From contig CAVTCS010000003.1 in assembly GCA_963733295.1 (NCBI GenBank), positions 352,001-416,000 on the forward strand: a stretch of DNA of 64,000 nt, in the 5' to 3' direction. The notes below the pieces were generated by a model. That model saw nothing but the letters and a program-made list of their open reading frames with translations, did not search any database and was not told where the DNA came from. Source of the DNA: Vulcanimicrobiota bacterium (lineage in GTDB: Bacteria; Vulcanimicrobiota; Vulcanimicrobiia; Vulcanimicrobiales; Vulcanimicrobiaceae). Shown in pieces: positions 20,252-28,291 of the stretch. Made by a program: the position numbers and the translations under genes. The first letter of the stretch is position 1, and every line of letters starts with the position of its first letter.

Positions 20252-20788
20252 CTAGCTCGTGCTGCTGGGAGTGCCTCGTGCGTCCATGACTTCGAGAACG
20301 CGCTTCGGATCGGTGGCTTCGGTCATCTCGCGCGCCTGAGGATCTTCACGGTTCTCAAGGTTGGGGCTGTCGACGCGCAAGCGTTCGACCAGTTCGATCA
20401 GCTTGGCGACCTTCGCTTCGGTGAGCGTCGTCATCTGCAGCGAAAGCTGCGCGTGACGTTCGGCCTGACGGTTTTGACGGTTTTCCGTGGTCAAGATGAT
20501 CGTGGTCATGATCAACGCGCAGAGTGAAGCCAACGTCTGCATCGCCTGGAACGGCGGCCGGTCCAGCGCGCGCGGGCCAAGCGCGAGATTGAGCGCGATC
20601 CAAACGATGACGAGCGCCACGATCGTGAAGGTCGTCGCAGGTCGTCCGAGTGCGGCGGTCGCACGCTCGATCCGGCGCTGATGTGCGGAGATACTGCTCT
20701 CGGCACTGCGGTGGATGTCGACGATCGATTCGATACTCTGCTCGAGGTGTTCCGGAACGCGCGCGTCGTCCGTTCTTCGAACGTCCAT
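20252..20788 (-). CDS. DUF1003-like membrane protein
   Basis: Two TM segments, DRPPF...ILTTENRQ and EAKVAKLI pattern. Confidence 0.75.
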   Translation of the reverse strand: MDVRRTDDARVPEHLEQSIESIVDIHRSAESSISAHQRRIERATAALGRPATTFTIVALVIVWIALNLALGPRALDRPPFQAMQTLASLCALIMTTIILTTENRQNRQAERHAQLSLQMTTLTEAKVAKLIELVERLRVDSPNLENREDPQAREMTEATDPKRVLEVMDARGTPSSTS

Positions 20789-20846
20789 TAAGCCTGTATT
20801 CCACCAGGCGGACGCGGCGAAACGTCCTGGGTCCGCCGCCGGTGCG

Positions 20847-21263
20847 CTAGCGGAAAATCTGCTTGTCGTCTTCTTCCAGAACGTCGAGCGAAAGAATCAA
20901 GTCCGGACGTTCTGCCAGCCAAGGGTAGACCTCGAGCGCTTCGGTCCGATTACCGCCTCGCGGCTCGCGCGCCTCGATAAACGTATTCCATTTCGCTCTT
21001 TCCTGAGACATCGTATTCGAGCGAACGAACGCGGCGATGTCCTCATCTCCGGCTGCCTTGCCGACGGCCGCAGTGAAGGTCTCGAGCGAGATTCCGAGCG
21101 CGTCGAGCATCATCTGGGTAAAGCCTTGAATTTGATAGAGCCCCATATTGCCGCCCGGAAGCGTCGCCCTGACCTTGTCGATCGAGCGAGGCAGGAAGAT
21201 GACGCCCGCAAGTTCGGCTCGTGGGGGACGCGGCGGCGCGACGGTGAGATCGAGAGCTTCCAT
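20847..21263 (-). CDS. DUF5069-like protein
   Basis: ATG 21263 with AAGGAG RBS; DLTVAPPRPP...LPRSIDKVRA...LEEDD. Confidence 0.7.
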   Translation of the reverse strand: MEALDLTVAPPRPPRAELAGVIFLPRSIDKVRATLPGGNMGLYQIQGFTQMMLDALGISLETFTAAVGKAAGDEDIAAFVRSNTMSQERAKWNTFIEAREPRGGNRTEALEVYPWLAERPDLILSLDVLEEDDKQIFR

Positions 21264-21355
21264 TTGCGGCTCCTTTGGGCAAATCGCTATGCGGGATTTG
21301 AGCGCTTGACCGGCCATTCCCGCCCTCCGGTCGAGCGCGGTCCTGCCATGCGGGG

Positions 21356-22507
21356 CTACGCGATGCGCTCGAAGGGCGTCCAGTCCTTGGCGATTTCCGC
21401 GAACGCGCGCAAGGCCGAGGCGACGACTTGATCCATGTTATAGTAGCGATATTCCGCCAACCGGCCGACGAAGTAAACGTTGCGTTCGGCCGAAGCGAGC
21501 TTCGCGTACTTTGCGTACAGCGCCCGGTTCTCGGGACGCGGAATCGGGTAATACGGGTCCCCATCGTTCGACGGAAACTCGCGCGAGATCACCGTTTGCG
21601 GATGGCTCTGACCGGTGATGTATTTGTATTCCGTCGTACGCGTGAACGGCACGGATTCGCTCGGTTCGTTGATGACCGCGGCGGCCTGGTGCCATTCGAC
21701 CGCTTTCGTTTCGAACTCGAAGCGCAGCGAGCGGTAAGGGAGCTTTCCGTAGCGGAACTCGAAGAATTCGTCGACGGGGCCGGTGTACACGAGGCGGTCG
21801 AACTGAACGCGGGCATCGATCTCCTCGAACGACGCGCCGAGCGCGACTTCGATTCCGGGTTGGGCCAACATGCGCAAGCACATCGCTTCGAAGCCTTCGC
21901 GCGGCATCGCCTGAAAGGAATCGTTGAAATACCGGTCGTCGTCGTTCGTTCGCGTCGGGATACGACCGCACACGGATGCGTCGAGTTCGCTCGGATCGAG
22001 ACCCCACTGCTTGCGCGTGTAGCCACGGAAAAACAGCTCGTAGAGCTCGCGACCGACCTTCGAGACGATGGCATTTTCGGAATTCGTAATCGGTCCCGCG
22101 TTTTCGGCTCGGCTCGCGAGGAAGCGCGCCGCGTCGGTTGACGAGAGATCGAGTCCGAAGAGCAGATTGAGCGTCGTCCGATTGATCGGTATCGGGACCA
22201 GTCGCTTACGGACTCGGGCGAGTACGCGGTGTTCGTACGGCCGCCAAGCCGTGAACCGGCTCAGATATTCGACCACGGCCGGCGAGCTCGTATGGAAGAT
22301 GTGGGGTCCGTACGCGTGGCGGCGTAATCCGGAACTCTCGATGGGATCGTAGGCGTTGCCTGCGACGTGGGGCCGCTTGTCGACGACCAGGACCGTGGCC
22401 CCCAGCTCGACGACAAGGCGCTCGGCCATCGTGCATCCGCTGAGCCCGGCACCCACCACGAGGAAATCGTACACTCGCGTGGGTTCCGAAAAAGCGCGTC
22501 CGTTCAC
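21356..22507 (-). CDS. glf: UDP-galactopyranose mutase
   Basis: VGAGLSG, GNAYD, YGPHIFHT, GYTRKQWG, GRLAEYRYYNMDQVV; start uncertain. Confidence 0.94.
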   Translation of the reverse strand: MNGRAFSEPTRVYDFLVVGAGLSGCTMAERLVVELGATVLVVDKRPHVAGNAYDPIESSGLRRHAYGPHIFHTSSPAVVEYLSRFTAWRPYEHRVLARVRKRLVPIPINRTTLNLLFGLDLSSTDAARFLASRAENAGPITNSENAIVSKVGRELYELFFRGYTRKQWGLDPSELDASVCGRIPTRTNDDDRYFNDSFQAMPREGFEAMCLRMLAQPGIEVALGASFEEIDARVQFDRLVYTGPVDEFFEFRYGKLPYRSLRFEFETKAVEWHQAAAVINEPSESVPFTRTTEYKYITGQSHPQTVISREFPSNDGDPYYPIPRPENRALYAKYAKLASAERNVYFVGRLAEYRYYNMDQVVASALRAFAEIAKDWTPFERIA

Positions 22508-22538
22508 CTGTCGAGCGCGCGGGAGCGGCCTCAAACAC

Positions 22539-22565
22539 GTTTGGCCGGGGTCCGAGGGGGGGTAC
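22539..22565 (+). promoter_or_regulatory. SigB/SigF-type promoter
   Basis: GTTT-N17-GGGTAC, 10 nt before ATG 22576. Confidence 0.6.
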
Positions 22566-22575
22566 GTTGCGCCAT

Positions 22576-22932
22576 ATGACGATGATCCGCGACTGGTTCA
22601 GCGCGTTCGCGCGAACGGTGAATGAGTTTTGTTCGAGCCCGGCCGCGACGGCACTCGCCTTCGCCGTCGTCATCGTTTGGGCGATCTCGGGGCCGCACTT
22701 TCACTTCTCGGACGGTTGGCAGCTGGTCATCAATACGGGCACCACGATCGTAACGTTCCTGATGGTTTTCGTCCTCAACAACGCCCAATCGCGCGATACC
22801 TCGGCGATCAACGCGAAGCTCGACGCGATCATCTGCTCGATCGAGGCTGCCGACAATAGGATGATCGGGCTCGAGAAGCAGACGGACCTAACGGCAAAAA
22901 CTATCCATGACGAGGTCGTCGGCGCAACGTAG
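22576..22932 (+). CDS. Low-affinity iron permease family (Fet4-like)
   Basis: FSDGWQLVINTGTTIVTFLMVF...QSRDTSAINAKLD. Confidence 0.88.
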   Translation: MTMIRDWFSAFARTVNEFCSSPAATALAFAVVIVWAISGPHFHFSDGWQLVINTGTTIVTFLMVFVLNNAQSRDTSAINAKLDAIICSIEAADNRMIGLEKQTDLTAKTIHDEVVGAT

Positions 22933-22955
22933 CGAGCTCTAGCGCAGTCAGCGCG

Positions 22956-23765
22956 CTAGATCTCAACGCCGTGTTCGTGCGCGTATTCGCGCAACTCGAC
23001 GCTGATCGTTTCGTTGGGGCCCAAGTGCCAGCCCGGAAGCGGCATCGCGAGCGGCCGCTCGTCGTGCGCGGTGCCCGCAAAGGGGTCGTCTACCGGATTG
23101 AAGCGCACCGGCCACGGGACGCCTTGACGCTGCGACGAGCCGTCGGAAAAGCGCACGTTGCAAACCACGTAGTAGTAGTTCCAACCTCCGTCTTTCCAAC
23201 TTTGTACCGGATCGCACAAGCCGTGATGTCGCATCGCGCTCGTGCCCAAGTCCGCGAAGTTCGGCCCGTAATGTTTCACGTCCGGCGGGGCGCCCGGCGG
23301 CACGTGCAAGGGATCGATTCCGGCCCGATCCTGTGCGATCGCGGCGGCCAAGTTACCCTGGATTTGTGCGATCCGCTGTTCGGACAACAGCGCCTTCCCG
23401 GTTGCCGCCGGGCGGGCTGGGTGCGGTGCAATGACGGGCGCCGGAGGCAAGTGAAGTTTGAAGTGCGGCCTGCCGAGTTCGATCTTGCGGGGCGGCGAGG
23501 TCGGCTGTGGCAGCGATGCGAGGACAGGAACGGGTCGCCGAATCGGAACGCTGGAGGATGGCGCCGGGGTATGGCTCGCGACGACGGGTTTGGGCGTCGG
23601 CCTCTCGATGCGCAGGACCTGATGGATTTCGACGACCTCTTTGGGCTGAGGTTGTACGCGTTTGAAAAACGGCAGTGTTCGCACGACGAAAATCGCCACG
23701 AGCACGTGCAAAAGCAGCGACGCGGCGAGCGCGACGCGCCGGCGGCGGGCATTCGCGTCGTTCAG
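22956..23765 (-). CDS. Single-pass Pro-rich membrane protein with TonB-like anchor
   Basis: SLLLH anchor, Pro-rich linker, C-terminal two-Cys domain; start uncertain (CTG 23765 or GTG 23789). Confidence 0.65.
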   Translation of the reverse strand: MNDANARRRRVALAASLLLHVLVAIFVVRTLPFFKRVQPQPKEVVEIHQVLRIERPTPKPVVASHTPAPSSSVPIRRPVPVLASLPQPTSPPRKIELGRPHFKLHLPPAPVIAPHPARPAATGKALLSEQRIAQIQGNLAAAIAQDRAGIDPLHVPPGAPPDVKHYGPNFADLGTSAMRHHGLCDPVQSWKDGGWNYYYVVCNVRFSDGSSQRQGVPWPVRFNPVDDPFAGTAHDERPLAMPLPGWHLGPNETISVELREYAHEHGVEI

Positions 23766-23980
23766 CGAAAGGCGCCCTTGGTCGTACACGGCTTGGCGTG
23801 ATGGCTGCCGGCGAGCGCCACCCCGAGCGTGATGGTCATGGCGACGGCGAGGAAGAATGCCGCGTTGCGTGCGAGCGCCTGGCTCTTCGCGGGCACGTTT
23901 AACAAGGCCGCGAGATCGCCGGCCACAAGCAGAACGACCCAACTGCCGGCGATGGTGAAGCCGATGAGGTACCAGTCCAT
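23762..23980 (-). CDS. Small two-TM membrane protein
   Basis: MDWYLIGFTIAGSWVVLLV...AAFFLAVAMTITLGVALAG, 72 aa. Confidence 0.55.
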   Translation of the reverse strand: MDWYLIGFTIAGSWVVLLVAGDLAALLNVPAKSQALARNAAFFLAVAMTITLGVALAGSHHAKPCTTKGAFR

Positions 23981-24176
23981 AACGTCTGCGCGGTTCGCCG
24001 CCCGGCTGCCGCCTCGCTGCCGGGCCGTCCCACCCTCGACTGTAAAGGTCCCGCCTCGGATGATCCTGGGAAGCTTAACAGACGGTGAAACTGCCTCGCG
24101 GAGCGAGGCCCAAGCGGCCGAGCGCAGGACCGCACGTGGTTTCGTTCGCGTCGACGCGAGGAAAGATAAGCGCATC

Positions 24177-24368
24177 GTGTCTATCGAGCGGTTCATCGAG
24201 TGCCCCTGCGGTCATACCATCGAACTTCACGAGGCGAATGGCTGCGTTGGAAGCGTCCGCTATGCCAGGCGGCGCTGCACGTGCGCCCTCACCCGCTCGC
24301 AGGTACTCGATCTGCTGCTCGACGCCGAACGCGAAACGATACGCCGTGCCTGGCATGTGAACCGCTGA
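24177..24368 (+). CDS. Small Cys/His putative metal-binding protein
   Basis: GTG 24177; CPCGH-x4-H-x4-C...CTC, 63 aa. Confidence 0.65.
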   Translation: MSIERFIECPCGHTIELHEANGCVGSVRYARRRCTCALTRSQVLDLLLDAERETIRRAWHVNR

Positions 24369-24388
24369 AGCGGGGAACGAGTAAAAAA

Positions 24389-24622
24389 ATGAAAGATCTC
24401 GGCGACTATAAGAACGCACTCCCCGAAGAGGTCGACGATCGACCGGATTCGGGGGTGCCCCGCCAACTGCGGACGCCTGCCGACGACGAAGCTCCGCTCA
24501 GCCGGCGTGAAGCCGAAGTTGCGGGCCTGATCGATGGTCCCGTTTATGGCGAGAGTTCCGAGCACGAAACCGACGACGACCGGCGCGACATCGAGCATGC
24601 CGGTCCGGACGAGCACTTCTAG
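24389..24622 (+). CDS. Small acidic hydrophilic protein
   Basis: ATG 24389; 77 aa Asp/Glu-rich; fills the gap without overlap. Confidence 0.6.
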   Translation: MKDLGDYKNALPEEVDDRPDSGVPRQLRTPADDEAPLSRREAEVAGLIDGPVYGESSEHETDDDRRDIEHAGPDEHF

Positions 24623-24631
24623 CCAGGAAGC

Positions 24632-25006
24632 CTACTGCAGCGAGCCGCTCGTGCTCGGAGACTGCGGTTGCGAGAGGCTTGCGAGCGCCGGACTCAACGA
24701 ATCGTAAACGCCCATCGCGCGCGTGAGTCCGGCTACGTCGATCAGGCGCCGCGCGTGCGAGCCCGGACGCGCCACGACCGCTAAACGCGATCCAAGCGCA
24801 TTTGCGAGCCGGATCAATATGCGCAAACCGCTGCTGTCGATATAGGGACAGTCCGAGAGCGCGACGATCAGTTGGGTGCCGGTTTCGTTCTGGAGATCGT
24901 TCAGGTCGGCTTCCAAGAATTGGGCATTGGACATATCGATCTCGGCCCGCACGTCGGCAACGCGCGTATCTCCGATGTAAGAAAAGTCGGCCAGACTCGT
25001 TCGCAC
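24632..25006 (-). CDS. STAS-domain anti-sigma-factor antagonist (RsbV-like)
   Basis: AEIDMSNA and YIDSSGLR phospho-acceptor motif; RBS GAGGGAG. Confidence 0.88.
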   Translation of the reverse strand: MRTSLADFSYIGDTRVADVRAEIDMSNAQFLEADLNDLQNETGTQLIVALSDCPYIDSSGLRILIRLANALGSRLAVVARPGSHARRLIDVAGLTRAMGVYDSLSPALASLSQPQSPSTSGSLQ

Positions 25007-25042
25007 GAACTCCCTCCCTCGGACTTGATGTTATCGGCGCCT

Positions 25043-25069
25043 ATACCCGCTGCGCCACGGCTTTATTCC
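25043..25069 (-). promoter_or_regulatory. SigB/SigF-type promoter
   Basis: GGAAT-N16-GGGTAT upstream of the STAS gene. Confidence 0.6.
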
Positions 25070-25458
25070 CGCGAGGACGGTTTGCTTCGCCGCAGGGGCA
25101 AGACGACTTCCACGGTCGTTCCGCGCCCGGGCTCATAAGAGACGAGCAGCGAGCGCGCGAAGGCCTGGACGAGGGCGAGTCCGCGGCCGCGCTGCTCGGT
25201 GCGACCGGCCGGCGGCTGCGGCAAAGAAAACCCGCGACCGCTGTCCTCGACGACGAACTTCGCTTCGGCTCCCTCCCACTCGGCCCGGACCCGAACCGGC
25301 CCCGGTGCGTGACGAATGACGTTCCCGAGCAATTCGCCGATGATGAGTTCGGTGGCCGCGAAGTCGGAATCCTCACTCGCGTCCTGCTCGAGAAAGCGCG
25401 CGACCTGGCGACGCACGGCACCCGGCTGCAAGTCTCCCGTGTGGAGGCGGAGTTCCAC
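25063..25458 (-). CDS. RsbW-like anti-sigma/Ser kinase (HATPase_c_2)
   Basis: ELLGNVIRHA, VEDSGRGF, EQRGRGL. Confidence 0.86.
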   Translation of the reverse strand: MELRLHTGDLQPGAVRRQVARFLEQDASEDSDFAATELIIGELLGNVIRHAPGPVRVRAEWEGAEAKFVVEDSGRGFSLPQPPAGRTEQRGRGLALVQAFARSLLVSYEPGRGTTVEVVLPLRRSKPSSRE

Positions 25459-25596
25459 GTTACGCCCTTCGGTGGGGCAGCATCTTTCTTAGGCCCTCAC
25501 TGTCAGGACAGTTTCCCAAAAATCAGCAACGCCGCTGCTGTACGGGTTTCCGAGCTAGCGTGTTAGGCCGAGCCTCAAGGACGGTAAGGATCCGAT

Positions 25597-25812
25597 ATGT
25601 ACATGCCGTGGTCCCCGGAATTGCCCGATCTCCATGCGCGAGGTTGGCGCCCGCTGCAACGCGTCCATCCGGCCCGGCCTCCGCACTCGCCGTCTGAGCC
25701 GGACCCGGACTCCCCGGGCGATAATGCCTGGGAGAACGATTTGACCGACGAAGACGTTCCCGATCCCGCGGAGCGCGAGCCGGCAGCCCACGAGTTGCGT
25801 TTGGATCCTTGA
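25597..25812 (+). CDS. Small Pro/Asp-rich hypothetical protein
   Basis: ATG with AAGGA RBS; weak GTTA-N16-CGGTAA promoter; no recognisable motif. Confidence 0.4.
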   Translation: MYMPWSPELPDLHARGWRPLQRVHPARPPHSPSEPDPDSPGDNAWENDLTDEDVPDPAEREPAAHELRLDP

Positions 25813-25833
25813 CGAGCTCGCGACTGGGGCGGC

Positions 25834-25859
25834 GTTTTTCACGCCGTTCGCGAGGGTAA
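25834..25859 (+). promoter_or_regulatory. SigB/SigF-type promoter
   Basis: GTTT-N16-GGGTAA upstream of DUF6496-topoisomerase IB. Confidence 0.65.
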
Positions 25860-25895
25860 GAAGCGCATACTCAGCGACAGGAGGGTATGCGGAGC

Positions 25896-26177
25896 ATGGC
25901 TGCATCGCGCAAGAAGTCGACCGGCACGCGCAAGAAATCGAAAGCTCCACGGAAGAAGGCGACCGGTACGCGGAAGAAGTCAGGTACGCGCAAGTACAGC
26001 CCTGCCGCAAGCTCGCAGGTCGGCGAAGAGCTGCACGAGATGAAGCGAGGCAAGCTCAAGTCGGGTCGCTCGGGCAAAAAAGTCACGAACCGGAAGCAAG
26101 CGATCGCGATCGGAATCTCCGAAGCGCGGCGCAGCGGTGAGAAAGTCCCGCCGAACCCGAATCGGAAGAGCGACTGA
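25896..26177 (+). CDS. DUF6496-like basic protein with Lys/Arg-rich N-terminus
   Basis: EMKRGKLKSGRSGKKVTNRKQAIAIGISEARRSG; repeated (S/A)TGTRKK. Confidence 0.85.
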   Translation: MAASRKKSTGTRKKSKAPRKKATGTRKKSGTRKYSPAASSQVGEELHEMKRGKLKSGRSGKKVTNRKQAIAIGISEARRSGEKVPPNPNRKSD

Positions 26178-27295
26178 GGCCGAAGAACGGCCGAATCGCT
26201 GCCTCGAGTCCGGAGGCCGCTGCCGCGGCCGCCGGCCTCCGCTACGTCAGCGATACGAGTCCCGGCATCCGGCGCCGGAAGCGCGGCAAGACGTTTGCAT
26301 ACGTCGACTCGCAAGGACGGCCGCTGCGCGACGCCGCCGAACTCTCCCGCATCCGGTCGCTGGCGATTCCGCCGGCATACGTTGACGTTTGGATCTGCTC
26401 GTCGCCCGACGGGCACATCCAAGCCACCGGTCGCGATGCGCGCGGTCGGAAACAATATCGTTACCACAAGCGCTGGGCCGAGGTGCGCGGCGAAACGAAA
26501 TTCGAACGGATGCTCGAATTTGCCGAGAGCTTGCCGCGAATCAGGTCCTGCGTCGAGCGAGATCTCGCTTTGCCCGGGCTGCCCCAAAAGAAGGTGCTGG
26601 CAACTGCGGTCAAGCTGCTCGAAACGACTTCGATTCGCATCGGTAACGAGGAATATGCGCGTTCGAACGATTCGTTCGGCATCACCACCCTGCGCGAAGA
26701 GCACGTCATCGTTCGCGGGCCGAACGTGCGCTTTCGCTTTCGCGGAAAGAGCGGAAAGGAACATTCCATTGCGTTAAACGATCGCCGGCTGGCCCGAACC
26801 GTGCAACGCATGCAAGACCTGCCGGGGCAAGAGCTATTTTCGTACGTCGACGACGAAGGCGAACCGCGCTCGATCGCTTCGGGCGACGTGAACGGCTACA
26901 TCCGCGAAGCCGCCGAGGGCGATTTCACCGCAAAAGATTTTCGAACGTGGATCGGCACGGTCGGCTGCGCCGAGGCATTGCTCGCGGCGGGAACCGGCCG
27001 GCCCAAAGAGCGGAAGACTAACGTGGGCCTTGCGCTCGAGCTCGTGTCACGGCGCCTCGGCAATACGGCGTCGGTCTGCCGGAAAGCTTACGTGCATCCG
27101 CAGGTGATCGAGTCGTATCTCGACGGCGCTTTCGTGAATTCGAGGAAACGCGCTGCCCGCAAAGCCGAAGACGTCGAAGCGTTCGTCATCGAGTTCTTGC
27201 ATCGAATTCGCCGGCCGCGGCCCGCGCTCGAGCGCGAGCTACGCCGCTCGGTACGGCGCGCTCGCGCATCGGCGCGATCGAAGCAGGCTGCCTAG
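26174..27295 (+). CDS. Bacterial DNA topoisomerase IB
   Basis: GLRYVSD, IPPAY.DVWI, QATGRDARGRKQYRYH, IRIGNEEY, FTAKDFRTW, GNTASVCRKAYVHP; conserved frame extends well upstream of GTG 26483, start inferred at CTG 26174. Confidence 0.92.
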   Translation: MRPKNGRIAASSPEAAAAAAGLRYVSDTSPGIRRRKRGKTFAYVDSQGRPLRDAAELSRIRSLAIPPAYVDVWICSSPDGHIQATGRDARGRKQYRYHKRWAEVRGETKFERMLEFAESLPRIRSCVERDLALPGLPQKKVLATAVKLLETTSIRIGNEEYARSNDSFGITTLREEHVIVRGPNVRFRFRGKSGKEHSIALNDRRLARTVQRMQDLPGQELFSYVDDEGEPRSIASGDVNGYIREAAEGDFTAKDFRTWIGTVGCAEALLAAGTGRPKERKTNVGLALELVSRRLGNTASVCRKAYVHPQVIESYLDGAFVNSRKRAARKAEDVEAFVIEFLHRIRRPRPALERELRRSVRRARASARSKQAA

Positions 27296-27972
27296 ACTTG
27301 GCGGGTCGGGACGTCGCCGCCACGCGGGAGCTCGCCCGTCCGGTACTCGGTGCGGTCAAGACCGTCCAGGTAGTCGGCGCGACCGGCGTCGCGGGTAGCG
27401 TAGTCGGCGCGTCTGACGTCGCGTCCGGGATCGCCCCCGCGATCTCTCAGTTCCGCGAGATTTTCGGCGCCGGCGTAGTCGCGATCGTTTAAAATGCGCC
27501 GCGCGACCGGCTCGTCGCCCGGACGAGCGTTGACGCCGACGAGGATGCCGCCGCGCTCGAGTTCGCTCTCGTATTCGTTCGCGCGGCTCTCCGGGACGCC
27601 GGCGGCGGTCAGCGCCCCGATGATCCCGCCGGCAAGTCCCCCGGCTCCGGCGCCGGCCAGAATTGCGGCAATCGGCCCGGCGACGATCGGAGCGGCCATG
27701 CCTCCCGTGGCGACGATGGCGCCCGTCGCGGTCACGCCGGCGATAATCGCTCCCAGCGTTCCCCCAAAACTCGCGCCGACGCCGACGTTCGCTGCGACGT
27801 GCACGTCCTCGGCGCCGGTCCGCTCGGCATCGCCGCGAAAATCGCGCTCGCGGGTACTACCGGTCATGACGACGCTGATGTCGTTCTGAGCGTAGCCGAG
27901 GTCCTCGAGCGCGTCGATCGCTCGTTCCGCCTCCTCGCGGTCAGGGAAGAGTCCGCTGATAAGTGTCGCCAT
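27292..27972 (-). CDS. General stress protein (YflT-like with glycine zipper)
   Basis: LFPDREEAERAIDAL...ISVV, GG..GAL..AGVPE..A..YE..L..GGILV. Confidence 0.82.
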   Translation of the reverse strand: MATLISGLFPDREEAERAIDALEDLGYAQNDISVVMTGSTRERDFRGDAERTGAEDVHVAANVGVGASFGGTLGAIIAGVTATGAIVATGGMAAPIVAGPIAAILAGAGAGGLAGGIIGALTAAGVPESRANEYESELERGGILVGVNARPGDEPVARRILNDRDYAGAENLAELRDRGGDPGRDVRRADYATRDAGRADYLDGLDRTEYRTGELPRGGDVPTRQV

Positions 27973-28007
27973 TGTGCCTCCGAAGATCGGCGCGTGTCCT
28001 CAGACCT

Positions 28008-28035
28008 CTACCCGGTGCACCGCGCACCAGAAACC
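28008..28035 (-). promoter_or_regulatory. SigB/SigF-type promoter
   Basis: GGTTT-N17-GGGTAG upstream of 27972. Confidence 0.65.
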
Positions 28036-28040
28036 CAGTT

Positions 28041-28218
28041 GCTCAGCGCACTGGCGACCGGCCAAGGCAAGAGCCGTCGTCACGATCCCGCGGCGGGATA
28101 GGGATTTCGCCTGGAGGTGCCAATAGACAGTCGGGCGGTTCTCGATCGTCGGCGGCTTCACGGCATGGTGAAGAGGGTGCCGGCTTTGAATCATCCGGTG
28201 CCGGCGTTCGCGCAGCGT
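28041..28218 (+). ncRNA. Candidate structured RNA (unassigned)
   Basis: Nested complementary segments with G-U pairs on the plus strand; no family motif recognised. Confidence 0.25.
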
Positions 28219-28291
28219 CTTTTTGCGTGCGAACGCGCCCCGGGCCGGTGAGAGCGCCACATCGCGCCTGAGTGATCGACAGGGTCAAACG

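Noticed and set aside
25460..25570. Fragments resembling a c-di-GMP riboswitch (also 61150-61203)
   Set aside because: Core GGCAAAC/GAAA/GACGCAAA elements missing
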